From positions 137,394,001 to 137,458,000 of the forward strand of contig NC_086097.1 of assembly GCF_963921235.1 (NCBI RefSeq): 64,000 nucleotides of DNA. The letters run 5' to 3'. This DNA is from Mobula hypostoma (Eukaryota). Made by a program: the position numbers and the translations under genes. Of this stretch, positions 51,883 to 64,000 are shown piece after piece (the stretch's first letter is position 1; each line of letters starts with the position of its first letter). Under the pieces are notes generated by a model. It ran no database searches. It was given only the letters and a program-made list of their open reading frames with translations, and was not told the origin of the DNA.

Positions 51883-53071
51883 GCAATCCTGGCCTACAAA
51901 AATAGAAGTAGCAAAGGATATTGAAGACATAACAACATCACCCATCATCCATCCTGTGTCCATTGCTGGAGTCTGTTCCCCAGCCCGCACTGCAGAGTCC
52001 ACCATTAATGGACATCGAATGAAATCTGGTGAGCCTGCAAAGAAAGAAGAATCATCGACAATTGGTGCTATTGGAAAGCCTCCTACGAACAATAGGACGT
52101 GTTTGTTCAGAGTGGAAGAGGATGAAGAGGATGATGATGATGACAGAAATGTAATTCCTCTTCCCACTCCTGTAGTTTTGCGACGCAAACCTTCCATAAC
52201 AAACAGGCTTACCACCAGGAAGAGTGCTCCTGTCCTTAATCAAATATTTGAGGAAGGAGAGTCGGATGATGATTTTGACATGGATGAAAACCTGCCCCCC
52301 AAGCTCAGTCGGTTAAAGATGAACATTGCTTCTCCAAGCACTGTGAATAAACGTTACCACAAGAGGAAAAGTCAAGGCCGTGGATCAAGCTGTAGCAGTT
52401 CTGAAACCAGTGATGATGATTCAGAAAGTCGCCGTCTTCTTGACAAAGACAGTGGGTTCACCTACTCCTGGCACCGCCGTGATAGCAGTGAAGGGCCTCC
52501 AGGGAGTGGGGGGGATGGAAGTGGGCAAGGCAAGTCAAGTGATGGGAATGCTGGTTTTGACAAGAGCAGCCCAAGTGATGGCAACAAAGGTGGGAGTAGT
52601 CCTTCCAATGATTCCGGTGGGAGCACCAACAACACGGGAACAAGAACTCACAGCTGTACAACACAAGGAAATTCTTCACAGTCACCTAAAGTTGCAGAAG
52701 ATTTGGTGGAGAGCCTGAAGCTAATGAGCCTCTGTCTTGGGTCGCAATTGCAGGGTGGCAATGGTAGTCGATATATCATTGAACCAACATCTGGAATTAG
52801 AATACATGAGAAATCGGCTTGGAAAATGTGCATCACTTCGAGCAATATTATAGAGCGAACCTCTGGCTTGACCAGTGGCGAATCTTATTCTGACCAAATG
52901 GCTGACCTGCTGAATATGCTTGAAATGTCGAAAGAGAACAACATGAACTTGAAAAACAATGTTCTACAGCTACCTCTTTATGAGAAAACACTCTCTGTGA
53001 ATTTTCAGCGGAACCCTAAGGATGGACTGCTGTGTACCTCGAGTCAAACCAGCTGCTGTCAAGTTATTTAA
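51883..53071 (+). CDS. SNRK: SNRK last coding exon (acidic and Ser/Gly-rich C-terminal region, ends SCCQVI-stop)
   Basis: Pyrimidine tract then aattag|G CAA TCC TGG. Open frame with RQSWPTK, LRRKPSITNRLTTRKSAPVLNQIFEEGESDDDFDMDENLPPKLSRLKMNIASP, to TAA at 53069-53071. Spliced CDS is 2265 nt. Confidence 0.97.
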
Positions 53072-55720
53072 TACGTTTTAGCTTGATTAACTGTTATTCT
53101 TGCTGGTTACAGTTTGACTTTTTTAGCAAAGTGGAATTCTTTTAGCCTTGAGCTTTTTAAATGGACTTTTAAAATTATTTATTGCAATGTTTGAATTTGT
53201 TTGCTTAATATATTGACAATGCATGGTCTTTGTGCATGCTGCTGGCTACTGCTTTACTTTCCCAACAAGAAAAACATGACTGGGGCAGAATTTTTTAATA
53301 TCTTGGGAGTTTAGTATCAACCTGTTGGTTGTATGTTGTTAATGGAGCTAAATACAGTTTAAGTAAATAGTGCACTTTGTAGCTCTTTGTGTTGCACATG
53401 AAAGGATACTGCAAATCGATATGGTTTCAGACCATATGATCAAAGAGTGTTAGGTTTAATTACTTACTCTAGTGTACCTGACAGAAAAGAACCAAAGCAA
53501 TAACTAAAATATTGCAGCCCTTGTGAAAACATTTCACTATTCCAAGCTTGATGAAATGCTCTCTGCACAATAGTCATACTGGAGAGTCTTAATTTGTTGA
53601 AAGATTGCAGAGAACTCACTTCAGGGTGGTTTAGTCTATATTGACTTAAACTCAGGATAAGGCAAACTTGAGCAAGACTTTGAAGGTGCTATAATTGGAC
53701 AGAATTGGATTGAACTAAGTTTGCTGATTATTAGTGGCCATGACACTATGTTGCCCCTCAAGTGAGAAGGCCCTGCACTTAGGCTAGCTTGTCTCTTTAT
53801 CTGTGTATATGTTTGGATCTACTTGTCTGTCAGTTCCGTGGGGTAGGACATGGTGTAGTGATTGGAAGCAACAAAAAATAGCATTGTCACTTGCAGACCA
53901 ATAAGTTGTGATTTGCTAGAAAGACAATGTCAGGGTAGCTATGATTTAAATGTGAAGTACTTACTGTTTATATCCTGCACCATGACACTTAAGATACCAC
54001 CAACTCCCTTCCTACTATTGAAGGGATTCTCCACTGACACATGGAGAATTGCATTAAGACCTCGAAGGAGGAGAGATTTTCAGTGCTAATCTGTAATTGG
54101 AATTTCAGTTTTTTATTGACCAACAGTTTATGGATTACTTTCTGTTAAACTCTGTAGTTTATGGATTGAATAAAGTAAACCTTTCCTAATCCATAGATAA
54201 ATGGGCTATACTCCAGTCAATAGGTAGTTATGGATTTACTCATAAGATTATTTATCCTAACATTGAAAAACTCTACTTCCTTGAAATATAGGTCTGGCTT
54301 TGGCAAAAGCTTTCCAGTCAGTTATTTGGTGGTAAATATATGTTTTAAATTTAATGTTGCAGGATAATTTGGAGTTGGGGTTGGGGTGTATCAAGTTATT
54401 CTTAAAGTATATTGGCATTCCAGTTTTTAATGGCCTGATTTTCATTGTGGGAAATAACAAATAGTGAAGGGAATTCATAGCAATTGTGTAGATGCAGTTA
54501 AGTTTTTGGATTAATGTACATAGTTTTGTTTATATTTTATGTATAGCATTGTGATGGCACCTTTTAGAACTCCTACCTTGTGTATTTGTACAAGAACTGT
54601 AAATTTGTGTATACACAGTACTGAGAATTACAGTGATGTACAGTTGTCAGATTGTACTAGATTAATGTAGGTGGAAATGCCCACTGTTTAACTGTCTGTA
54701 TTCTATATGGAGTTGTCTCAAGTGAATGACCTGTAAGTAATGTGTTGTATGTTGTGCTGCATCATTTGGTGCAATGAATGGAAAGAGTAACCACTACTTA
54801 TGAATGTTGTTGGACCAAATAATGTAATAGTATGAAAATGTGGCATCCCATGGCCAACCTTCAAATTGGTATTTTCATGTGTGAATAGTGGCTAATTTCT
54901 AGTCAGTTGTAACTTTAAAACTATTAAAATATGTAAAATTATTTGAATTAGAAAGAAAGCCTAGCTCAATTTGTGGTTGACTTGCATGTGTAGATGACAA
55001 AAACCTTCAAAACTATCATCTTTGCTTAATAGCTTAAGGACAGTATCATTCTGAAGCAATAGTGAAACAACAGACTAGTTTCCTTCTGTTGTTACTCTAT
55101 TATTTATAAAACCAACCATTGTGTAGTTTGGCACATTACAGAAAAGGAATTTTGGAAATTAACCAAGACCTAAAGAACGATCCGCATTGCCGTCCAGTAT
55201 TGCCTCCCGAACTCAACTAGACATTAATGAAACTAAATTAGGAATTTAAGTAAATCTCCACAGTTTATGTCGTTACAACTGTTGTACGCAGAGTTGTATT
55301 TCCTGAAGAGGGCTTAAATATATCAGTACACCACCAGTGTTTTGATGCATGGAGAGAAATTTGTTCAATTTCTGTTCCAAATGTATGACTGCTATTTTAG
55401 CTGTAGCCTCTTCTATTTCCACGTGGCATTCAAATCAGTTCGGCTGAGGCAGCTTGATGAAACAGGATGCTCATAATATTTGATCAAATTTATTTTGTTT
55501 GTGTACTTCATCCAGAGATTCTGCCAAGATATGGAGTATATTCAATGTTATATGTTTTCACCATAAATGAAAACTCCAGTTCAACCAAAAACGTATAATT
55601 GTTTTCCAATTTGTTTCAATCATCCATTTGCCCTGTATTTGTGAGTTTCTACCAAAGTTGCCCATTTAAAAAATTTCATCCTTTTTAAATAAAAAATTCT
55701 CCCTGATCTCTACTTCAATA
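53072..55720 (+). other. SNRK: Probable SNRK 3' UTR with candidate poly(A) signals
   Basis: AT-rich with no recognisable TE. AATAAA at 54169 and 55688, ATTAAA at 54923. True end not determinable. Confidence 0.6.
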
Positions 55721-56929
55721 TCAAGCTCTAAAGTAAAGGTTTCATGATTAGCTTTATTTGTTACAAATACATAGAAACATACAGCATGCATCAAGTCAAA
55801 TCAGAGGGCACTGTGCTGGGCAACACACAAGTGTCACCGTACTTCAAGTGCCAACATAGCAGATCACAACTCACTAATCCTAACTCTACATCTTTGAAAT
55901 GTGGGAGGAAACCCACGCGGTCACAGGAAAGATGTACATACTCCTTACAGCTTGGCCTTTAAGTTTTATGCTAGCCACTACGTTAATGTACCACCTGACT
56001 CCAACTCAACCTACATTTCCTAGTTCTAACCTCCAGATCAATTCCTCTCCCAAGAACCTATTCTTCCAACTTAGGCCTTATTAAGCACTGGATCTCTATT
56101 CTAGAAATGTTTTCAGCTGTCTTGCCCACTAGTTTTGGAGTTCCCTCTAAAATCTCCACCTATCCCATTTCAGACTCCAACCTTGTCATTGGCCAAGCTG
56201 TAGTCAACTTGCATTTCTCTTCTCGGGTGGTCTTTATCTCTCATTCAGGTTCTTGGAGAATAACTTGGTTATTGTAGAGTCATAGAAAACTACAACACAG
56301 AAACAGGCCCTTCAGCCCATTCAACCATGCCAAATCATTTAAGCTGCCTAGTCCCATCGACCTGCACCAGGACCTTAGCCCTCCATGTCCTTCCCATCCA
56401 TGTACCTATCCAAACTTCTCTTAAGCTTTGAAATCAAAATCACATCCACCACTTGTGCTGGCAGCTCATTCCACACTCTCACCATCCACTAAGTGAAGAA
56501 GTTTCCCCTTATGTTCCCCTTAAACATTTCACATTTCATCCTTAATCCATTACCTCCAGTTGTACTCCCATCCAACCTCAATGGAAAAAGCCTGCTTGCA
56601 CTGACCCTATCTATACCTCTCATAATTTAGTATACCTCTATCAAATCTCCCTTCTTCTACATTCTAGGGAATAAAGTTCTAACCTATTCAATTTTTCCTT
56701 ATAACTGAGTTCTTCAAGTCCCAGCAGCATCCTTGTAAATTATCTCTGTACTCTTTAAATCTTATTTACATTTTTCCTGTAGGTAGGTAGCCAAAACTGC
56801 ATACAATAGTCCAAATTAGGCTTCACCAACATCTTATATAACTTCAACATAACATCCCAACTCCTGTAGTCAATACAGTACATTAATTTATGAAGGCCAA
56901 TTAGCCAGAAGTTTTCTTAATGACCCTAT

Positions 56930-57338
56930 CAGTGGTGCAGTGCTTGCTGGAGCGCATCCAGCATATCTTTAAGAAAAAAGACGAAATAAACAAGCTAATT
57001 AATTAGGTGCTGCCCAGGGTGATTTAAGTATCTTAGAAATTGCTGATCTCCTGGGATTTTCACGCACAACAGACAGTGCCAAAAACAAAAAAAACATCCA
57101 GTGATTGGCTGACCTGTGAGCGAAAACATCTTGTTAAATCCACACGCTGGATGTTTTTTTCTGTTTTTGGCACCATTCTTTGTAAACTCCAGAGTCTGTT
57201 GTGCGTAAAAATCCCAGGAGATAAGCAGTTTCTGAGATTCTCAAATCACCCTGGGTGGCACCTAATTAATTAGCTTGTATATTTTGGCTTTTTTCTTAAA
57301 GATGTGCCAGACGTGCTCTGGCTAGCACTGCATTGCTG
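56930..57338. mobile_element. Fold-back hAT-type MITE with 8-bp TSD
   Basis: gaccctat at 56922-56929 and 57339-57346; CAG..CTG termini; nearly the whole element is an inverted repeat. Confidence 0.88.
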
Positions 57339-58844
57339 GACCCTATCTACCTTAGACACCATTTTCAATGAATTAGGGACCTGTAATCCTTAATCCCTTT
57401 GTTCTACCACACTCCTTAGTGTCCTACTACTCACTGTGTAAGACCTACCCTGATTGATCCTCTCAAAGTGCAACACCTCACCCTTGTCTTCATTAAATTT
57501 TATCTGCCATTTTTCAGGCCATTATTTCAGCTGGTCCAGATCCCATTGCAAGCTTTGATAGTCTTCCTCGCTGTCCACTACACCCCCATTCTTGGTGTCA
57601 TCTGCAAATTTGGTCTCATCCAGTTAGTCACATTATCATCCAGATCATTGATCTACATTACAGACAACAACAGACCCAGCACTGATCGCTGTGGCACTCT
57701 GCTAGTCACAGGACTCCAGTCAGTGAGGTAATCATCTACTACCACTCTGGCTTCTGCAAAGCCAATATCTAATCCAATTTACTACCTTATCTTGAATGCC
57801 AAGTGACTGAACCTTCTTGACCAACCCCCCCCCCCCCCCAATGCAGGGCCTTGTCAAATGCCTTGCTAAGGTCCATGTAGACAGCATCCACTGCCTTGTC
57901 TTCATCAACTTCCTGGTAACATCTTTGAAAAACTCAATAAGATTGTTTAGATATTACCTACCGTGCTCAATGCCATGCTGACTATGCCTAATCAATCCCT
58001 GACTATCCAAAATGGTCATATATCTGGTCTCTTGGAATACCATCCAATCAATTTCCCACTACTGATGTCAGGCTCACTGGCCTATAATTTCCTGGTTTAT
58101 TCTTAGAGCCTTTCTTAAACAGTGGAACAATAATCCTCCAAACCTGTGGCACCTCACCTGTTACTAAGGATGATTTAAATGTTCAAGCTTTGTAGTCTCA
58201 AAATTTCACTTTTGAAGGCCTCCCACTTAACAAGTACACCTTTGCCTGTCCCAATCCACACTTTCCAGATCCTTTCTGATACCATCAAAATTGGCCTTAT
58301 TCCAATTTAGCATCTCAAATCGAGGACCTATCCCTTTCCATAATTGCCTTGAAATTAGGGATCATAATTATGATCTCTAGATGCAAAGTGTTCCCCTACA
58401 CAAGCTTCTTTCACCTAACCTGTCTCATTTCCTAGTAGGAGATCAAGTATGGCACACTCTCTCATTGGGACTTCTACTTACTGATTAATGAACCTTTCCT
58501 GAACACATTTGACAAACTCTATTTCACCTAGTCCTTTTATAGTATGGGAGTCCCATACTATATTAATATGCGGTAAGTTAAAATCACCTACTATCACCTT
58601 ATGTTTCTTGCAACAGTCTGCAATCTCTACACATTTGTTCCTCTAAATCCCACAGACTATTGGGTGGTCTATAACATAGCCCCATTAACATAGTCATACC
58701 TTTCTATTTCCTCAGTTCCACACGTAAGGTCTCATTAGATGAATTCTCTAGTTTATTCTGACTGGTAATGCCACCTTTCCCCGTTTAATCCCTCCTACTC
58801 TATCATATCTAAAACAACAGAACCCCGGAATATTGAGCTGTCAA

Positions 58845-60110
58845 AGTCCAAAGTAAATTTTATTATTAAGAACATATATGCTACCTTATACAATTCTGAG
58901 ATTCATTTTTTGTGGGAGTACTCACCAAATCTATAGAATAGTAATTATAACAGAATCAATGAAAGACCACCCAACTAGGGTGTTCAACCAGAATGCAGAA
59001 AACAAACTGCAAATACAAGCGTAAATAAATGGCAATAAATAACTAGAACAATCAATGAAGAGACTTTGAAAGTAAGTCCGTTTGATGTGGGAACATTTCA
59101 ATGATGGAGCAAATGAAGTTGAGTGGTCTCCTTTTGTTCAAGAGCCTGATGATTGAGGGGTAGTAACTGTTCCTGAAATTGGTGGTGTGAGTCCTGAAGC
59201 TCTTGTACCTTCTTCCTGATGGCAGCAATGAGAAGAGAGCATGACCTGAATAGTGGAGATCTCTGATGATGGATGCTGTTTTCCTATAACAGTATTTCAT
59301 GTAGATGTGCTCAGTGGTTCGGAGGGCTTTACCTGTGATGGTCTGGGCTGAATCCACCAGTTTTTGCAGGATTTTTTGTTCAAGGGCATTAGTGTTTCTA
59401 TACCAGGCTGTGATGCAGCCAATCTTTATACTCTCCACTACACACCTATAGAAATTTGTCAAAGTTAAGTCTTGTCGAAGTTTTAGATATTATGCTGACT
59501 CCACAAACTCCTAAGGATGTAGATGCACTGTTGTGCTTGCTTCATAATTGCACGTGGTTGCCCTTATGTGCTGGGCTCGGGACAGGTCCTCTGAAATAGT
59601 AACACTCAGGAATTTAAGGTTGCTAACACGCTTCATCTCTGATCCTCCAATGAGGACTGGCTTATGGACCTCTAATTTCCCTCTCATTAAGTCTATAATC
59701 AGTTCCTTGCTTTTGCTGACATTGAGAAGTTGTTGTTATGACACCACTCAGCCAGTTTTTCATTCTCCTTAAATCTATATGCTGATTCATTGCCACCTTT
59801 GATTTGGCCCACGATGGTTGTGTTATCAGCAAACTTGAATATGGCATTGGAGCCGTACTTAACCACTCAGTCTTAAGTGCAAAGTGAGCACAACAGGTCT
59901 AAGCACACAGCCTTGTGGTGCATATGTGCTGATGAAGATCTTGTTGACAATCTGAACTGACTGGGGTCTGCAAGTGACGGAGACCAGGATCGAATTGCAC
60001 AAGGAAGTATAGAGGCCAAGGTCTTGGAGCTTATTGATTAGTTTTGAGGGGATGATGGTATTGAACGCTGAGCTGTAGTTGATAAAGAGCATCCTGATGA
60101 TTCAATCTTT
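58845..60110 (-). mobile_element. Rex1/Babar LINE fragment
   Basis: [53 protein letters not shown]. Confidence 0.88.
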
Positions 60111-60317
60111 GCCCGTCCTGCCCCTCACATAATTCCACATGTTGATCAACGCCCTGAGCCCGTCTGTCTTTCCTACAATACTTCTTGCATTGAAATTTAT
60201 GCAATTCAGAACATTAGTCTCACCACGCTCAACCTTTTGCTTCCCAACTTTGAAAATTTAACAACAGCTATCTTCACAATCACTCTACTAATGGTTATGG
60301 TACTCTGGTTCCCATTC

Positions 60318-60790
60318 AAAAGATTGTAAGAACTCGGAGCAGGAGGCCATCCGGCCTGTTAAGCCTGCTCCGCCATTCAACAAAGTCATGGCTGATCTGA
60401 TCATGGACTTATCTCCACCTACCTGCCTTTTCCCCATTACCTTTAATTCCCCTACTATTCAAAAAGTCCATCGAACCTTGTTTTAAATATATCTATGGAT
60501 GTAATCTCCACTGCTTCATTGGGCAGAGAATTCCACAGATTCACCACTCTTTGGGAAAAGCAGTTCCTCCTCATCTCTGTCCTAAATTTACTCCCCTGAA
60601 TCTTGAGGCTACATCCCCTAGTTCTAGTGTTACCGACCAGTGGAAACAGCTGTCCTGCCTCTTCTCTATCCCTTTCATAATTTTATATGTTTCTACAAGA
60701 TCTCCTCTCACCCTTCTGAATTCCAGCAAGCACAGTCCCAGGCAACTCAATCTCTCCTCATAGTCTAACACTCTCATCTCCAGAATCAAG
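60318..60790 (-). mobile_element. CR1 LINE 3' fragment nested in an older CR1
   Basis: YEERLSCLGLCLLEFRRVRGDLVETYKIMKG. Confidence 0.85.
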
Positions 60791-63076
60791 CCACTATATT
60801 CTTCCTGCAAATCCCCTGCGATTATAGTTTAACTGCCACCCTTTCCCAATCAGTACCAGCAAACCTTTCCACTAGAATATTAGTCCCCCTCCTATTTAGG
60901 TGCAAAGTGTCTCCTTTGTACAGGTTCCTCCTTCCCTGGAAGCAAGCCCAATGATTCAAAACTCTGACACCCTCTCTCCTACACCAGCCATGCATTAAAC
61001 TGTATCATCTTCCCATTTCTGCCCTCACTAGCTCATGGCATGGGTAGCAATCCCAAGATCACAAGCCTGGAGGTCTTGTCCTTTAACTTAGCACCTAGCT
61101 CCCTGAACTCACTTTGCAGAACTTTGTCCTTCTTCCTACCTATATCAGTGATACCCACATGGACCACAACCTCTGGCTACTTACCCCCCTACTTAAGAAT
61201 GGCGAGGACTCGGTTTGAGATGTCACGAACCCTGGCACCCAGGAGCCAACATACTATGAGAATCTCATTCTCATCCTTCCCATTCCCCCATCATCACAGC
61301 TAGCCTCTTCTCCCCATCTTCCCTCCTGAGCCACAGAGCCGGAGACCTGACCACCGTGACTTTCCTCTACTCGGCCATTTTCCCCCCAGCACCCCCACAA
61401 CAGTACCCAAAGTGATATACCTGTTGTTGAGGGGGATGGCCCTTTCCCCCACCTGATTGTCACTCAGTTTCCTGTGTCCTGTACCTTAGATGTAACTACC
61501 TCTCCATATGTTCTATCACCCACTCAGCCTCCTGAATGATCCGGAATCATCCAATTCCAGCTCCAACTCCTTAACGCAGAGTGTTAGCTGCAGCTGGATG
61601 TACTTCCCACAGGTGTCAGAGACACTGGAGGTTTCCCTGCCTTCCAACATCCCACAAGAGGAGCATTCAACTTTCCTAACATCCTTACTGTTCTAGCTGT
61701 GCAATTATAAAAGGAGAAAATAATAAATTAGAGAAAAAAATCTACCTACAGCTTTTCGCCTCTCACTCAAGCCTCAAAATCCCCACACTAACACTTTCCA
61801 CTCCAACAATCACAATTCTACTTGCCCCACCTTAATTTGCACTCGCTAATGAATCCCAAACTTTGATCGGTTGTTCAAATGCCAGAACTCCCACGAAGAG
61901 CGAGTCATTCCTTGACCTGAGTGAGTCACTCCCTCTCTTGCTCCCAATCTGATTCGCCGCTGTTCAAACTTGATATTATTTTACCATTGTATTTTTTTAA
62001 TATTACAGGTAACTTTTAAAAAAACCTGCATGTTCATTGAAACTTTTATGGCCTGGAATATTGGAACTTGATCCAAAAATAGCTGCATATGGCAGAATAT
62101 AATGCAACCAGTCATTTTCAATGGGAGATGGTGGATGTCACACTGTAATTTCAGAGCTAAGTAATCGTAAAGTAAGCTGAGAAAGCATTTTATTCATGTA
62201 ACCACATTGGTTCTGGGTCTGCTGTCATTTGGTGGAGTTATGTCAACAAAGCCCTGGCATGGACATTCTGCCCATTCATTTTCTCAGGTACAACCATGAA
62301 GAAACCCTCTTTGGGCATGCCAGATTGTGAATTAGATTTGTTGGGTTTCCAGTGATCACCTCAGAACACAGAACTGGAACCAAAGTAGTCAAGCTACTTG
62401 AATGTAATAATGGGCAGATTGAAGATTTCCATATTCACATGTGCATAGCAAAAATCCTAAAGTTGCTAAGTGTAATATGCAAGATAAATGAAGACAAAAG
62501 AGTACAGCTTTAGTATGAAAAGTTTGAAGCCAGAAATCTCATTTATTTAATGTGAAGCTTGCAAAGTGTTTTTACAAGTTAAGAGGTGCGGTCTTATTTA
62601 TTATATTTTATATACCTACTCAAATACAAGTTTTATTTCTCCATCCTGCCTTCATAATATGTTCTGCACCATTCAACTTGCTTTATCTGCATGGGTGTGA
62701 CTACAATGATTTATGCAGGCTTCAGAAAATGGATATATTTACAAAGAGCCACCAAGCACTGTGTTGAGAGACATTCTCATCTTCACACTAAACTTAATCC
62801 ATTTCAGTCAAAAATGTATATATTCAAAGTTTTTTCTTTTCTTCCCATTCTCTCTTTGTTTCATCAAGTTGCTCTTCCTTGGCCATTGATTCGTCAGCTT
62901 CCTTTATTTGCTGTGGGAACAAAAATCAGATCACTGAGAGGCCAGAAAATTTGGTGATGTCTACCTTAAGCAGGGTAAGAATAAGTCCTGTATTATGTGC
63001 AAAGGCAAGAGGTAAGTGGATCTTTGAGGGAACAATATGATACAGTAATAATGTTGTTCCAGCATTTCATTGAAAC

Positions 63077-63882
63077 AAAGTAGATTCTGGTTAACTGGGC
63101 TATTGGTTAATTAGGGCAACCACTTATTATTTGGGACAAATCTTAAAGAACAAAAACAAAATGAGAAAATAGCCAGGATTGCCTTCATTTATTTGGGACT
63201 CTTCTATGCCGCTTAAATGGGCCAGGAGACTGTTGTTGAATAGTTTCTAACTAGTGTCAGGCATATGCACTTGTTTGGGTGGATGTGTGGGTGTGTCTCT
63301 CTCCCCCTCTCCGTGTGACCCCGTCTGTGTAAAAAGCAGTGATTTTTGTCACTGATATTTGTAGAAATAAGCAGTAAGATAATTCAGAACTGTTTTGCAC
63401 TCACTGTGGTTTCAAGCATTCTGGCTTGGAGATGCCAGAAATGACCAGGAGTGCAAATTAAACTATTTCACTACATCAAATTATTCATAGTTCCTAACTT
63501 GAAGGTCTCGATGATCATCTTGAATGTTACAGTAAAAATGAAAATTTGAAGAATGCGATAGTCAGAAGCATCGTATGAAGGTGGTCTATTATCTGCACTG
63601 TTTTGTTCATTTACAGCCAAAAAAGAACACGGCAATGAAATTCCACTGTTAACAACCATCAGGAAATTATACAGGTTTATAGTACTATAGTAGAATTGGT
63701 AGGGATATAATCTGTTCTGCATTTCATTTAAATATACGATTTGTTACTCAGTTAAACAGTAGTTTGTTTTTTTAAAAATATTTTTAACTATTTCTATGAA
63801 ACTGTCGCTAGTTGGGGCAGCTGCTTAATTGGGTCAAAATGCACTGTTCCTGGTGTGTCCGAATTAACTAGAATTCACTATA
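63077..63882. mobile_element. Degenerate Tigger/pogo-type non-autonomous transposon
   Basis: Imperfect TIRs agtagattctggttaa / ttaactagaattcacta, plus subterminal ttggg(a/g)ca repeats at both ends. Confidence 0.55.
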
Positions 63883-64000
63883 CTACACAATTGATGGGCT
63901 GGATGTTTCCTCAATCCAAAGGTTCTAAAACTCGCAAGCATGATCTTAGTTTAAGGAATTAGTTTTCTGGGACTTAGATGAGTAATTTCAAAGGTTTATA

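Larger units (their letters stand above)
56275..61900 (-). mobile_element. Near full-length degenerate CR1 LINE interrupted by a hAT MITE, a Rex1 fragment and another CR1 fragment
   Basis: 3' tail catagagtcatagaaa-like at ~56275; RT and APE remnants 56400-58840; ORF1 esterase and Cys-rich ECSSCGM..TCGK remnants at ~60850-61690. Confidence 0.8.

Noticed and set aside
61980..63070. Possible 3' end of a convergent neighbouring gene (ANO10 by recalled human synteny)
   Set aside because: No coding exon recognisable; minus-strand AATAAA hexamers are common in AT-rich DNA.

Overview
Vertebrate genomic DNA. The repeat landscape (CR1, Rex1/Babar, Penelope-like elements, V-SINEs, Tc1) suggests a cartilaginous fish, but this is inference. 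The window holds one complete protein-coding gene, SNRK (SNF-related kinase, + strand). It has a CpG-island promoter at ~9.6-10.4 kb and five coding exons (18359-18947, 43168-43309, 45541-45753, 49132-49263, 51883-53071). All have canonical GT-AG boundaries and consistent phases, giving 2265 nt and 754 aa, followed by a ~2.6 kb repeat-poor 3' UTR. Most of the remainder is nested transposable elements. The most notable hidden signal is a family of Penelope-like terminal repeats carrying a minimal type-I hammerhead ribozyme motif. It occurs six times, often in fold-back arrangement, and the damage to its core falls mostly at CpG sites. Other highlights are a fold-back hAT MITE carrying inverted Tc1 transposase fragments, a ~110-bp module shared by Harbinger and Tigger MITEs, a chromodomain Gypsy element with both LTRs and a target-site duplication, and splice signals suggesting a divergent transcript from the SNRK promoter. 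All calls come from reading the sequence by eye. No searches were run, and TE boundaries without a TSD are approximate.
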